Shown: piece by piece, positions 51,721-64,000 of the stretch
How the letters are laid out: the number at the start of each line of letters is the position of its first letter
Position numbering within the stretch: the first letter of the stretch is position 1
Assembly: GCA_964016885.1 (NCBI GenBank)
Contig: OZ024741.1
Coordinates: forward strand, 154,938,001 to 155,002,000
Reading direction: 5' to 3'
Length of the DNA stretch: 64,000 nucleotides
Source: Eledone cirrhosa
Lineage: Eukaryota
Program-made: the position numbers and the translations under genes
The notes under the pieces: generated by a model
Seen by the model: the letters and a program-made list of their open reading frames with translations, nothing else
Database searches by the model: none
Told to the model about the DNA's origin: nothing

Positions 51721-52099
51721 TACAATACAATAAATTACTTATTGTACTTCCTACATTGAAAAACTAAATGTAACCTTTATTAAAATGGCTACAACACGAC
51801 ATTCTAAACTGGAGAAGCAAGGCTATAATAGCTACTCAATTATGAGATATTTACAAACACTTAAACTAAATATTTCTGTCTCATCGTTTATTCTGTTGTA
51901 TTAGGAATGGCAGAATCATGAGAATATCAGACAAATGCCTTGCTGTGTTTGTTATGGCTCCTTATGTTCTGAATTCACATCCAACTGAGGTCAACTTTGC
52001 CTTTCATCTTTCTGGAGCTGATAAAATAAAGTACCAGTTAAATACCAATGTTGATATAATTGACTTTCTTCTTCCCCTTACAGGCCTTAGAAGAACTTG

Positions 52100-52340
52100 T
52101 TATTTTAATGGTTTTAGTAATTAGGCTGCAGCCATACTGGCCAATATTCTTTCACTGGTTTTAAATCATTAGGCTGAGCCCATGCTAGGGCAATATTCTG
52201 TTCATGGTTTCAATCATTAAGCTGTGGACTTGCTGGGATAAAATTATTTTACTGGTTGTAATCATTAGACTGCAACCATACTGAGGCAGAACATTCTTTT
52301 TCTGGTTTCAGTCATTAGACTGCAGCCTTGCTAGGGCATT
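52100..52340 (-). repeat. Tandem array (about 50 bp x5) of a SINE-type 3' tail
   Basis: TGGTTT..TCATTAG.CTG..GCCAT.CT.GG units; single copies at 48720-48780 and 48980-49140. Confidence 0.75.
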
Positions 52341-53569
52341 TTTCAAGACAGGTACTTATATCATTTTCTTTTTATTGAATCAGTAAGTTACATAGAGAGA
52401 GTCAGTACAATACAAGTTAGAAAAACAAGAGTGAAAACTAGTGTAACTATAAACAAGACAAAACAACAGATTAGGCTTTTACTATATATTTATATCGGGG
52501 CTTGTCCAGCTGCACCAATTCACATGAGTTGCCGTTGTGATCTCACTCATCCTTGGACACCGAACTGCCAAGGTCCTCCATAAAATCAAATTGTCAGCAG
52601 CCTGTCTGAGGAAGGAACCCCATAAGGTAGGTTGGCTGTTGACGGAGTGTCATGGGCCATAATCCGTGACTTTGCAGTTTTGTCCATGAGGCACAGCCTA
52701 AACACCGCCCCGCCCCAGGCATAGAGTCTATCACCCTCTCCCCTTCTCCCTCCCTTTCTTCTGTGGCTTCATAGTCCTTGCTTTTCCCTCCTTTTCCTCT
52801 CATTATGGCATTTATAGCCCTTTTTCCTACTTACCTATACAGTCAGATCTGCCCTTCTTTGCCCCTTCCCCCTTTGTTCATTACTTGTTTTTTTTATGCT
52901 TTTTATCTTTTTTCTTTCTTTTTCATATTTCCATCAATATTTATATTATTTATACAACTTTCATGATATCTTGTTGTTAAACCCCTTTCTCTAAAGGCTC
53001 ATTACCACCACCACCACCACCACCATCACTACCACAATTACTATGAACATCACTACCACCATTACCATCAACATCCCCACCATCATCATAACCGCCATCA
53101 ACATCACCACCATTACCACTATCACCATCGCACTATATTTTGTTATATTTTGTTTTACTTCACCCTTATTTTCATTCCTGTATTTTTAACTTGCATTTTA
53201 CTAGCTTTCCTAAAACAATCCTAACTACATATTTTACGATGTTTCATATAAACTATACAAACATATACACACACACACACACATATATATATGTACACAT
53301 ACATAGATTTATTTATACATATAGTGCTTTCAACTTCCACATTTTTATGTAGATTACTCATTTCTTGTATTCATACCCACACCTATATACTTATATAAGA
53401 AAGCAGGTATACTGATTCAACTTATTCTACCTATACATCTGTCAAACTCTAATTGAGAATGAATTTATTTGTGTATCTCATTTTTCAGCTAAGCTTACCT
53501 GCCCAACTCTAATTGACAATTTATTTATCACCTGAACTTTTTAGCTTTATATTGAGTGTAGATAGTTAA

Positions 53570-53760
53570 TAATTGTTTCTACTTTTGGCACAAGGCCAGC
53601 AATTATCCCAGTACATTACAGGTACTTTATTTTATCGACCCCATAAGGATGAAAGGCAAAGTTAACCTCGGCGGGATTTGAACTCAGATCGTAAAGGAAC
53701 GTAACTCTATGCTGGAAAGCATGTCCAACCCTCTACCGATACTGCCAATTCACCGCCCTT
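53570..53760 (-). mobile_element. SINE family A young copy (also 55435-55620 +, 59590-59768 +, 51905-52090 +)
   Basis: Consensus match; flanked by the direct repeat GTAGATAGTTAATAATT (53558-53574, 53765-53781), a probable TSD. Confidence 0.9.
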
Positions 53761-54042
53761 CACCGTAGATAGTTAATAATTTTACATAATGTTAAAGGTA
53801 TAGGCATGGCTGTGTGGTTAAGGAGTTCACTTTGCAACCATATGGTTTCCAGTTCAGTTACATTGCATAGCAACATCTTCAGTAAATGTCTTCCACCATA
53901 GTCTCAGTTTTACCAATGCTTTTGTAAGTGAAATTTGAAAGACAGAAACAGCAGAAGACTATCGTAAATATATATATACTAGAATTCTTTTTAACAGGGC
54001 TTACATGTATGTGTATATGTGTGTACATGTGCATACATTTAT

Positions 54043-54888
54043 ATCATCATCATCATCATCGTTTAACGTCCATATTCCACGCTTGCATGGGTTTGGACGG
54101 GAGTTTTCCCACTTGAGGCAAGAGTGGTTGTCTTGCTCGCATAGGACTGTCTGGCGGGTTTAATACGACTGGATGCCCTTCCTAACACCAACCACATTTC
54201 CAGTGTGGAACTGGGAAGTTTTTACCATGTTACCTACACGGCCACATTACAGCGTGGACTCTGTGTTTTTTTGTTGTGACACGTACACGACCTCATTTGT
54301 TTCGGCCTGGATGTTGTGGTACCAACATAACTTTACATTGAAAGGGGTGGTGTGGATGGGGTGGGGGTAGTGGGACGGGGTGTATTTTGTTAGAGGTGGC
54401 TACTGACTGTAGTAGGTTTTACTTTGTATTTAGGTAAGGCGGGTCTTCTCTATTACTGTGTAGCGCCAAAGATCTTGGTCCAGTGACATTGTCTTGGAGA
54501 GGTGTAAGTGTGTGAGGTCGGAATTTATCAAGTCGTCCCAGGTTTTTCTGGGTCTGCCTACTCCGTGGCTACCGTCTATTTTTATTGCCCTGCACTTTTT
54601 ATAAGCTGTCGTCTTTCATGCGCATCACGTGACCATACCAACGTAGCCTTCTCTCGAGTAAACAACATCTGATCCCTCTTATTTCTAATTTTTCCCTTAG
54701 TTCGTTTATGCTTTGCTGTTCACGTATATTACTATTACACATCCAGCGGAGCATGCAAGCTTCGTTCCTCTCTAGTCTGCGTATATCCTCTGCACACAAT
54801 GCCCAGGTCTCACTGCCATGCAACATTGCTGTTCATATGCAGGCATCATACAGCCTGCCTTTCATTTTTAGGGAGAACCCTTTAGCGG
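54043..54888 (-). mobile_element. 5'-truncated RTE LINE subfamily 1
   Basis: ORF 54599-54826 MLHGSETWALCAED..RWYGHVMR, 3'UTR and (CAT)n tail. Confidence 0.95.
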
Positions 54889-55130
54889 ATATGTATGAGT
54901 ATATAAATATAAACGCGCAAACAGATACACTTATAAAAATATACACTCACAGACATACATTCACACAAATACACATACATTCACACAAACAAACCCATAC
55001 ATTCACACACACACACACACATACATTTACACAAACACAAACACATACATACACATACACTCACACACAGCAGAGTATTTCACCATCACCTTCCTTCCTT
55101 CCTTTTACACAACACATACATTCACACAGG

Positions 55131-55195
55131 CAGCAGACGTAAAGAGAGAGGAGTAGTATGAGGTTGTGAAACTACTCCTCTCTCTTTACCTGTTG
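55131..55195. other. Isolated hairpin (19-bp perfect stem, 13-nt loop, extendable to about 25 bp)
   Basis: GTAAAGAGAGAGGAGTAGT-ATGAGGTTGTGAA-ACTACTCCTCTCTCTTTAC, with outer CAGCAG/CTGTTG pairing. Confidence 0.8.
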
Positions 55196-55330
55196 TGACA
55201 GAATTGCAGAAATTTATATATAGAAGATAGAATGAGAAAATAACAAACAAAAAACAGAAAGATAGAGAGTAAGAAGAGGAAGGTACGGAAAATTTGTTTT
55301 GGAAAAAAAAAAACGTGTGTGTTCAGTCAG

Positions 55331-55384
<54 letters not shown>

Positions 55385-55619
55385 TGTTGTTGATATATAT
55401 ATATATCAACATCATCATCATTATGTCCTTTTTCCGGTGAATTGGCAGTGTCGGTAGAGGGTTGGACACCATGTTTTCTAGCATAGTTACGTCCCTTTAC
55501 AGTCTGAGTTCAAATCCCGCCGAGGTTAACTTTGCCTTTCATCCTTACGGGGTTGATAAAATAAAGTACCAGTAATGTATTGGATAATTGTTGGCCTTGT
55601 GCCTAAAGTAGAAACAATT

Positions 55620-56830
55620 ATGTCCTTTTTCCCTGCTAGCAATGGTTGCACAGGCCTTTGCATACTGAATCAGTACTGAAGCAGTTCACATCTGGCTTAC
55701 ATATGATCACCTATTCTACAGTGTGTATTTTATCAGGACACCAGCACTAGAGAGGTTTTCATGTCTTTGACACAACTGAAGGATTTTCTCAACTCTTTGT
55801 TTAGCAAGTTTTCTACTTCTGGATGCACTTCTTATCACCAACCACATTACAGAGAATCATAGGTGCATTTATCATGTATCAGATGCCAGACAGGTTGTCA
55901 TGGTGTTGACTCTTTTTGGCAGCGTTTCTAGAAGCTAGGGCCCTTCCTCTCAACAATGTCCTTACAGGTACTTTGGGTGCACTTTTGTGGCACCAACACT
56001 CTAGAGATCTTTAATTATTGTCCCAACTGAGGAGCCCTCTCTGCTTGGGGTGGAGAGGTGGGGAAGGGACATAAGTATGGCAAGTGCAGTGGAATTTGAC
56101 AGGGTGATCAGGGCAAAGGAAAGGGTGACCTCTGATAGCATAGGGGGAGTAATCAGATGTGTGTCAGGATTTTTGAGGCAGGGATGTAGTGATGGTGAAA
56201 AATAACTAAAAGGTGATAGTGGTGGTGAGCATGGATGGGGTCGGCATTAGCATAGGGGATACTCACCAATGTGTCAGGATTTGGTCGAGGCATGTAGTGA
56301 TGGAAGAATAGCTAAGAAGTGGCAGTGGAGGGGGAATGGTCAAGGTGTGTGGGCACTGGGATTTGAAAGAGTATCTACTAAGGTGTGATAAGGAGTGCCA
56401 GAAGAAGGAACAAGGATGGAGTTGGGGTGTACAGTGATGGGGAGAATAGCTACTAGGGAGTGCTGGTGGTAAGAATAGCTAGGGGAAGGCAGAACATGGG
56501 GATGGGTCTGGTCACATTGTATGCTGGTGACCCAGTATTCATCAGCACAGCATAACACCAGTCCTTTGTCATCTCTGTTGTGATATTCAGCTTCATTATC
56601 TCATCACAAGTTTTGCTAGGTTTGCCTTTTCGAAGGCTCCCGTCTATCTAGATTTCTCTGCATTTCTTCATATGGTTATCTTCCACAGGCATCACATGTC
56701 CATACCAAGGCAGTCTTCTCTCTTGCCCACTACATCCAATTCCTTTTATGCTAAGTTTTTCTCTCAGTTCATTTATGCTACATCATTCACGCACACTGAC
56801 ATTACACATCCATCAGAGCATACTCATTTC
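55620..56830 (-). mobile_element. Old RTE 3' fragment with long 3'UTR
   Basis: 56550-56830 minus reads LRKNLA..RRLPWYGHVM..GKPSKT; the UTR carries CTGGATGC.CTTC motifs. Confidence 0.6.
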
Positions 56831-57139
56831 AGAGGCAGAAAAGAAGTTTGCACATGTCCTGCATATATTTCTGTGTGTGAAGATATATATATATATATAT
56901 ACATACGGTAAACATGTTGACTAATCAAGGTTGTGTATGCGACACATCAATCAGTGAATAATGATGCAGTTTGATTTAAGCACTCAACATCATGGGTTTT
57001 CTTCCAAATATGATTTGTTAGTCTGTGACAGAATATATGTATAATAAGTTTAATTGTGAAGTTTGGTGTAGATGTTATGAATAAAGGAATTTAAACATCT
57101 AACCGAATTTGCAATTATCCTTATTGTATGTATAAATTA

Positions 57140-57453
57140 CAACTTAAGATGATATTCTAGATTTCTTAAATCCTTTAATAACCTTACAAATGTTTCAATA
57201 CATGTTATTTAACTAATGTTTATGTTATTACAATACACTAAAAAAAAAACAGGGAAATATATATTGAATACACAAAGCATTATCAAATGTTCATCTTCAG
57301 AAGCAATATAAATTATTATATGATGACCTGGTAAACAGCAAACCCGAAAGAAAAAGATTATTGTTGTCTTGCAATCTTTTTATTTTGGGCTTGTTGTTTA
57401 CCAAGTCATTGTATAATAATTTATATTGCTTCTGTAGAAGTACATTATTTGAT

Positions 57454-57489
<36 letters not shown>

Positions 57490-57624
57490 TTTATAATACT
57501 TTGTTATATTCTATATATTTTTTGTTTACGATATTGTAATAACATAAGCATTAGTTAAATAACTTGCATTGAAACAATTGTAAAGTTATTAAATGATTTA
57601 AGAAATATATTCTATCTTAATTTG
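57140..57624. repeat. Old diverged palindrome (about 220-bp arms) with an HHR-like motif in each arm
   Basis: 57140-57360 vs 57372-57624; minus GCTT CTGAAGA..GAAAC ATTT GTA AGGT; plus GCTT CTGTAGA..GAAAC AATT GTA AAGT; (CAT)n expansion in the right arm. Confidence 0.75.
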
Positions 57625-58631
57625 TTGAATATGCTATAGTATTACTTGTTACTTATTATTTCTTTTCTTAAGCAACACCTCTTTTAAATTTCTATTTATA
57701 ACAATATAAGCACATTGAGCTAGAAAATATTATTAATGAAAAACCTCTCCTTTTAGATATATGAATAACAAAAAGAATCAAAACTAGAAACTGATATACA
57801 TTTTAGAACCATCGACTCCCAACAAAATTTCCTTTTTCATCTCATCCAACATACACCCATACTAATATTCCACTTAACTTAGCCAAACAAATTTTCAGTG
57901 ATGAGGATGGTGATGATGTCTTGTCTTAAGGCCAACAACAGGAGATCACAGACGAGAAGAGATGGAAAAATATAACCAGTAAAAAATATAATAATATTCA
58001 AAAAGCAAAACAAATTAACATCCAGGAACTACGGGAAACAAAAATAAAATAGAAAAGAGGGTTCCATGCTAAGCATGGAAAATGGACATTAAATGATGAT
58101 AGTGATGATTATGATTTCAACTTTGAAATCAAAGAGCACCAGAATCTATGCTCACAGACTACGTATTTACTACGTATTTACTAAAAGAAACAAAAAGAAA
58201 AGAAAAATATTGAAAACCTCTTACAGAACTATCCAATTATAAAAAGTTTAATTTATAGAAAAAACCAGAGTTGCCTCAACTTTGCCTTTCATTTTGAGCT
58301 TGATAGATAATGTACCAGTACAGTACTGAGGTTGATTCTTCCTTTCTATCACTTTCTCTGAAAGAAATCAACTATGTTCTGACCAGGAGAAAGATGGGCT
58401 TCACTGACTCCATCAAGAGTTAAGTAGCCGTGCATGCAAGCACAGTTTTCTAGACATCTTTTATATTTAAAGAATTCCAATAAAAAGCTATTGAACCCTG
58501 GTTTCCAATAGCAGCAGAGTTCTTCATTGTTTAGCTAAGCATCTGTTTTGGAAGTGATGTCACCAACACTATTGTACAATTGTGATCACACACACACATC
58601 TCTCACCCTCATATCTCTATTCAGGTTTAGA

Positions 58632-58666
<35 letters not shown>

Positions 58667-58829
58667 TATGTATTAACTTTTACAATAACAGCAACTATAA
58701 CACATCTCTTTTTCTCCTTCTCTCTCAGCTGAGGTTTACAATAGCAACCACAACAACAACCCTCATTTAGCATTATTTATCTTAACATTTCATGAAGACA
58801 TTGAACACATGCCATGGTGTGATGTGTTT

Positions 58830-58890
<61 letters not shown>

Positions 58891-59006
58891 CCATTTCAGG
58901 TCAATGCACTGAACTCCCTCTCTATTGCAATCTACCAACACACACATGACATCTTATTGAAGAGAATAGACAATCGATTGGTAAGGGATAGGTTTGTGAA
59001 TAACAT

Positions 59007-59037
<31 letters not shown>

Positions 59038-59096
59038 GCATATATATATATTTATATATATATATATATATAAATATAAATATAAATATATATATA

Positions 59097-59174
<78 letters not shown>

Positions 59175-59820
59175 TGTGTGTGTACGTGTGCAACATTGTA
59201 TTAAATGAAACATTGAAAGAAAAAGACAATATGAAGTAGATAATGAATCCATTGATTTATGATTGTCTCACTGTTTCTGGGGATAGGCAGCAGGATGCAT
59301 GTGTTTTTTCGAGGCTAATAGTTTGGAGTTGCATAACTGCCAACAATTGGACTGCACATAGATGTTTTTGCTCTCTGAAACAATCATAAAACAATGGATT
59401 AATTAACAACATCAGCTTGTCTCATTCTTTCATTGTTTAACAATTTATATCTGACTCAACTCTATATACAGGAATATCATGTTTCCACTAATACAGATTT
59501 CACTTTGCTTCAATGGGAGATTCACACCAGCATTACATAGAATTCAAAAATGGTAGTTGCTTTCAGCTACCTGTTGAGAGAATTCCATATTGGCAGTATC
59601 GGTAGAGGGTCGGATATGCTTTCCAGCATAGTTACGTCCCTTTACGATCTGAGTTCAAATCCCGCCAAGGTTAACTTTGCCTTTCATCCATACAGAGGTC
59701 GATAAAATAAAGTACCAGTAATACACTGGGTATTTGCTGGCCTTGTGCCAAAAGTAGAAACAATTATTTATAGTAAGAAATATGTGTTGTAGATGTATAT
59801 GTAATAATATATATACATAT

Positions 59821-60166
59821 GGAGGCACAGGGCTTAGTGGTTAGAGCATTGGCCTTGCAATCGAAAGGTTGTAAGTTCAATTCTCAGACTGGGTGATGTA
59901 TTGTTTCCTTGAGCAAGACACTTTATTTCACATTGCTCCAGTTTACTCAGCTGTAGAAATGAGATGATAGGGACTGGGGTCCATATCATTCCACTGCAAA
60001 GTGGTCGTGGAGGTGCCATGGCAAAAAAGCACCCAGCACTCATTGTAAATGAGGTTGGTGTTAGGAAGGGCATCCAGCTGTAGAAATCAAGCCAGAATCA
60101 GTTCCCGTCCCACCCTTGCAAGCAGGGAAAAGCGGACGTAAAATGATGATGATGATGATGATGATG

Positions 60167-60168
<2 letters not shown>
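59821..60168 (+). mobile_element. SINE family D copy
   Basis: Same head and core as 44586; tail CCCACCCTTGCAAGCAGGGAAAAGCGGACGTAAAAT(GAT)n. Confidence 0.9.
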
Positions 60169-60207
<39 letters not shown>

Positions 60208-60556
60208 ATATATATGTGTGTATGTATATATGTGTATATGTGTGTGTATATATGTATACATGTGTATGTGTGTGTGTGTATATGTATATATGTGTGTGTG
60301 TATATTATCATCATCATCACAGTTTAACGTCCATTCTTCCACGCAAGCATGTGTTAGACGGGTTGTCCTGTTGTGGGCAGTATCCAGACTTGCTCATACT
60401 ATATGTGTGTGTGTGTGTGTATATATATATGTATATATGTGTATATGTGTGTGTGTGTATATGTGTGTGTATATATATATATATATATGTATTTATCTAG
60501 GGAGTGTAACATGCAGTTACTGTATGTTCACCTTATTATATATATGTATATTAATA

Positions 60557-60605
<49 letters not shown>

Positions 60606-60614
60606 ATATATATA

Positions 60615-60654
<40 letters not shown>

Positions 60655-60788
60655 GTGTATATATATATATATATATATTATATATGTGTATATATATATA
60701 TATATATATTGTATATGTATATATATATATATGTGTGTGTATATATATATATGTTTATATGTATTATATATGAGTATATGTGTATATA

Positions 60789-60838
<50 letters not shown>

Positions 60839-60869
60839 ATTATATTTATGTGTATATATATTATATATG

Positions 60870-61196
60870 TCATCATCATTTTACGTCCGCTTTTGCCTGC
60901 TTGCAAGGGTGGGACGGGAACTGATTCTGGCCTGATTTCTACAGCTAGATGCCCTTCCTAACACCAACCTCATTTACAGTGAATGCTGGGTGCTTTTTTG
61001 ACGTGGCACCTCCACGACCACTGGAATGATAAGGACCCCAGTCCCTATCATCTCATTTCTTCAGCTGAGTAAACTGAAGCAATGTGAAATAAAGTGTCTT
61101 GCTCAAGGAAACAACACATCACCCGGTCTGACAATTGAACTCACAACCTTTCGATTGCAAGGCTAATGCTCTAACCACTAAGCCATGTGCCTCCAT
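60870..61196 (-). mobile_element. SINE family D copy, inverted relative to 59821-60168
   Basis: Reverse complement match; head duplicated at 61249-61280. Confidence 0.9.
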
Positions 61197-61507
61197 GTAT
61201 ATGTATATATATATATTATATATATGTATATATATATTATATATATGATCTAACCACTAAGCCATGTGCCTCCATGTATATGTATATATATATATATATT
61301 ATATATATATGTATATATATATTATATATATATAACTTATATATATATATATATATAACTTGTTGAATATGAAGTGTATGAGAATATAAAGTATCAAAAG
61401 TATTGAATTAATTGTAGAATGTTCACTTTTAAGGTATATCATTAATTTCTCATCATCATCATTTTTCCAGTTTTAGACAGCTTGCCACAATATTAAACAC
61501 GCACAAT

Positions 61508-63695
61508 ATCATCATCACCGTTTTACATCCGTTCTTCCACGCTAGCATGGGTGAGACGGATTGTCCTGTTGTGGGCAGTGTCTGGTCGGCTGACCATGCT
61601 TTGCTCATACAGGAACTGATCTGGCTTGATTTCTACAGCTGGATGCCCTTCCTAACACCAACCTCATTTACAGTGAGTGCTGGGTGCTTTTTCGTGGCGC
61701 CTACACGTCCACTTTACAGTGTGGGCTGGGTGCTTTTTTGCCGTGGCACCTCCACGACCACCTTGCGGTGGGGGGTGTGGGGGCATATTGTCTATATGCT
61801 TCAGCTTGTACCCATGGGAGCTCGGGTACTCTGTATTACTGCGTGACGCCAGAGGTCACGGTCGTGTGTCATTGCCTTTGAGAGGTGTAATTGGGTAAGG
61901 TCGGCTTTTATCACCTCATTCCAGGTCATCTTGGGTCTCCCCACTCCGCGGTTTCCATCGACTTCTAGTGCTCTGCACCTTTTTATGCAGCTGTCATCCT
62001 TCATACGCATCACATGTCCATACCAGCGCAACCGCCTCTCCTGCACACAGCATTTGATTCCTCTTATGCTCAGACTCTCTCTCAATTCATTTATGCTTTG
62101 TCGTTCACGTATATTACTGTTACACATCCATTGGAGCATGCAGGCTTCGTTTCTCTCTAATCTACGTAAGTCTTCCACCTTCAGCGCCCAGGTCTCACTG
62201 CCATGCAACATCGCTGTTCGGATACACGCATCATACAGTCTGCCTTTCATTCTGAGGGAGAAGCCTTTTGCAGCTAGCAGTGGTAGTAGTTCCCTAAACT
62301 TCTTCCATCCCGTTCTTACCCTAGTTATTGTACTTTCTGAACACCCACCTCCGCTGCTAATTCGATCACCTAGGTAGCAGAAGTTGTCTACTGTTTCTAC
62401 AGAGCCCTCCCAGAGATTGGTGGTACTTGTTTCCTGTAGCTGTTTGCTGCTTGCTGTCCCAGCACAGCTGCTGCATGTGAAGCCTACATTCTTAATTAAG
62501 CTTCCTGAGATCCCGCTACATCTCTTGTGTACCCATTGTTTGCATTTGGGGCAGAGAATGGAGTTTCTACCTACACCTTTCCTACATACCGAGCAAGGCC
62601 ATTTCCCTGAGGGGATCTGGGTTCTGTTTTCTCGTCTACTTACAAGGACCTTAGTCTTTGTCATGTTGACTTTGAGACCCTTTCTTTCTAGTCCCTGCTT
62701 CCAAGTTTGGAATTTCTTTTCTAGTTCTATCATAGATTCATCTATAAGTGCAAGGTCATCAGCATACAGGAGTTCCCATGGGCATCCGGTCTTAAACTCC
62801 TCCGTTATTGCCTGCAGGACTATGATGAACAGGAGGGGGCTAAGAACAGAGCCCTGGTGGACCCCAACCTGTACGCTAAATTCCTCGCTATACTCATTGC
62901 TAACCCTAACTTTGCTGACTGCTCCCCTATACATGGCTTGTACCGCTTTCACAAGCCATTCATCAACTCCTAGTTTTCTAAGAGCCCACCAGATTACAGC
63001 ACGTGGAACTCTGTCAAAGGCTTTCTCAAGGTCGACAAATGCCAAGTAGAGTGGCTTACTTTTAGCTAGGTACTTTTCCTGTAACTACCTCACAAGGAAG
63101 AGGGCATCAGTGGTGCCTCTTCCTGGTACAAACCCAAATTGCATCTCGTCTATTTTTACCCGGTCCCTAATCAACTGTGCTATAACTCTTTCTGTTACTT
63201 TCATGACCTGGTCCATCAGCTTTATACCTCTATAGTTTGCTCTATCTAGTGCATCACCTTTACCTTTGTAGCAGTTGACAATGATGCTACTGCACCAATC
63301 TTTTGGTATGACACGTTCTAGTATTACCTGGTTAACAATACGTGTGGTTATAGTGTGACCTACAGACCCAGATGCCTTCAGCATCTCGGCAGCTATACCC
63401 GATGGACCGGTTGCTTTCCCCATCTTCATATGTTTGATTGCCTTACTTACTACGTTGCTGCTGACTTGTACTGCTGGCCCCTCTATAGGGTCTACTTGGA
63501 GTAGGGTCTCTTCTTCCCATGATTCTCCTCATTTAGTAATCTATCATAATGACTCTTCCATGCATCTTTCTTCTCAGCACTTGTGAGGGCAAGCTCACCT
63601 TTATCATTCCGGATACACTTCTCTCCAATGACATCACAACTCTCTCTGACACACTGCCTCGCAATCTTGAACACCTCCTGTTTCTTGTCCTCACG
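61508..63695 (-). mobile_element. RTE LINE subfamily 2, longest copy (RT plus PHD), 5'-truncated at (TA)n
   Basis: ORFs 63492-63701, 63085-63429 and 61801-63045: KATGPSGIAAEMLK, NYRGIKL, QFGFVPGRGTTDA, DLEKAFD, YADD, PHD, FCYLG, RWYGH; few disablements. Confidence 0.95.
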
Positions 63696-63718
63696 TTGCA
63701 AAACATGCTTGCATATAT

Positions 63719-63776
<58 letters not shown>

Positions 63777-63793
63777 CATATATATATCATGTA

Positions 63794-63845
<52 letters not shown>

Positions 63846-64000
63846 TTGGAGCTCTGAAATAGCAATATATATATAAATGTATATATAATGTATTTTGCAA
63901 TACACTTTATGCTTAATTAAAAGCACTTTGAAGACCGTATGCTATTGTTTTAGAGTAGTGACAAACTCACTTACTTTAATCTCAGCAAACAGGGGAGATA

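Noticed and set aside
62384-63049. 221-aa plus-strand ORF
   Set aside because: Antisense shadow of the RTE reverse transcriptase ORF

Overview
AT-rich eukaryotic non-genic DNA, most consistent with a coleoid cephalopod (Octopus-like) genome. This is an inference from the huge (TA)n/(CA)n tracts and the RTE/SINE repertoire. I see no convincing host exon; most listed ORFs are microsatellite artefacts. The window is a mosaic of decayed retroelements: RTE LINEs whose RT carries an inserted C4HC3 PHD finger, Tx1/L1-like fragments, R4/Dong-like and CRE-like RLE LINE fragments, at least three tRNA-derived SINE families, a non-autonomous Helitron and TTAA-type MITEs. The most striking hidden signal is about ten sequence-diverse type I hammerhead ribozyme (HHR) motifs, read by eye. 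Most sit in short palindromic or inverted elements embedded in or next to (TA)n microsatellites, which resembles Penelope-like pLTR or retrozyme remnants. They include non-canonical cores (U3-A8; CCGAUGA; U.U at the base of stem II) and stem II inserts from about 10 to about 130 nt.
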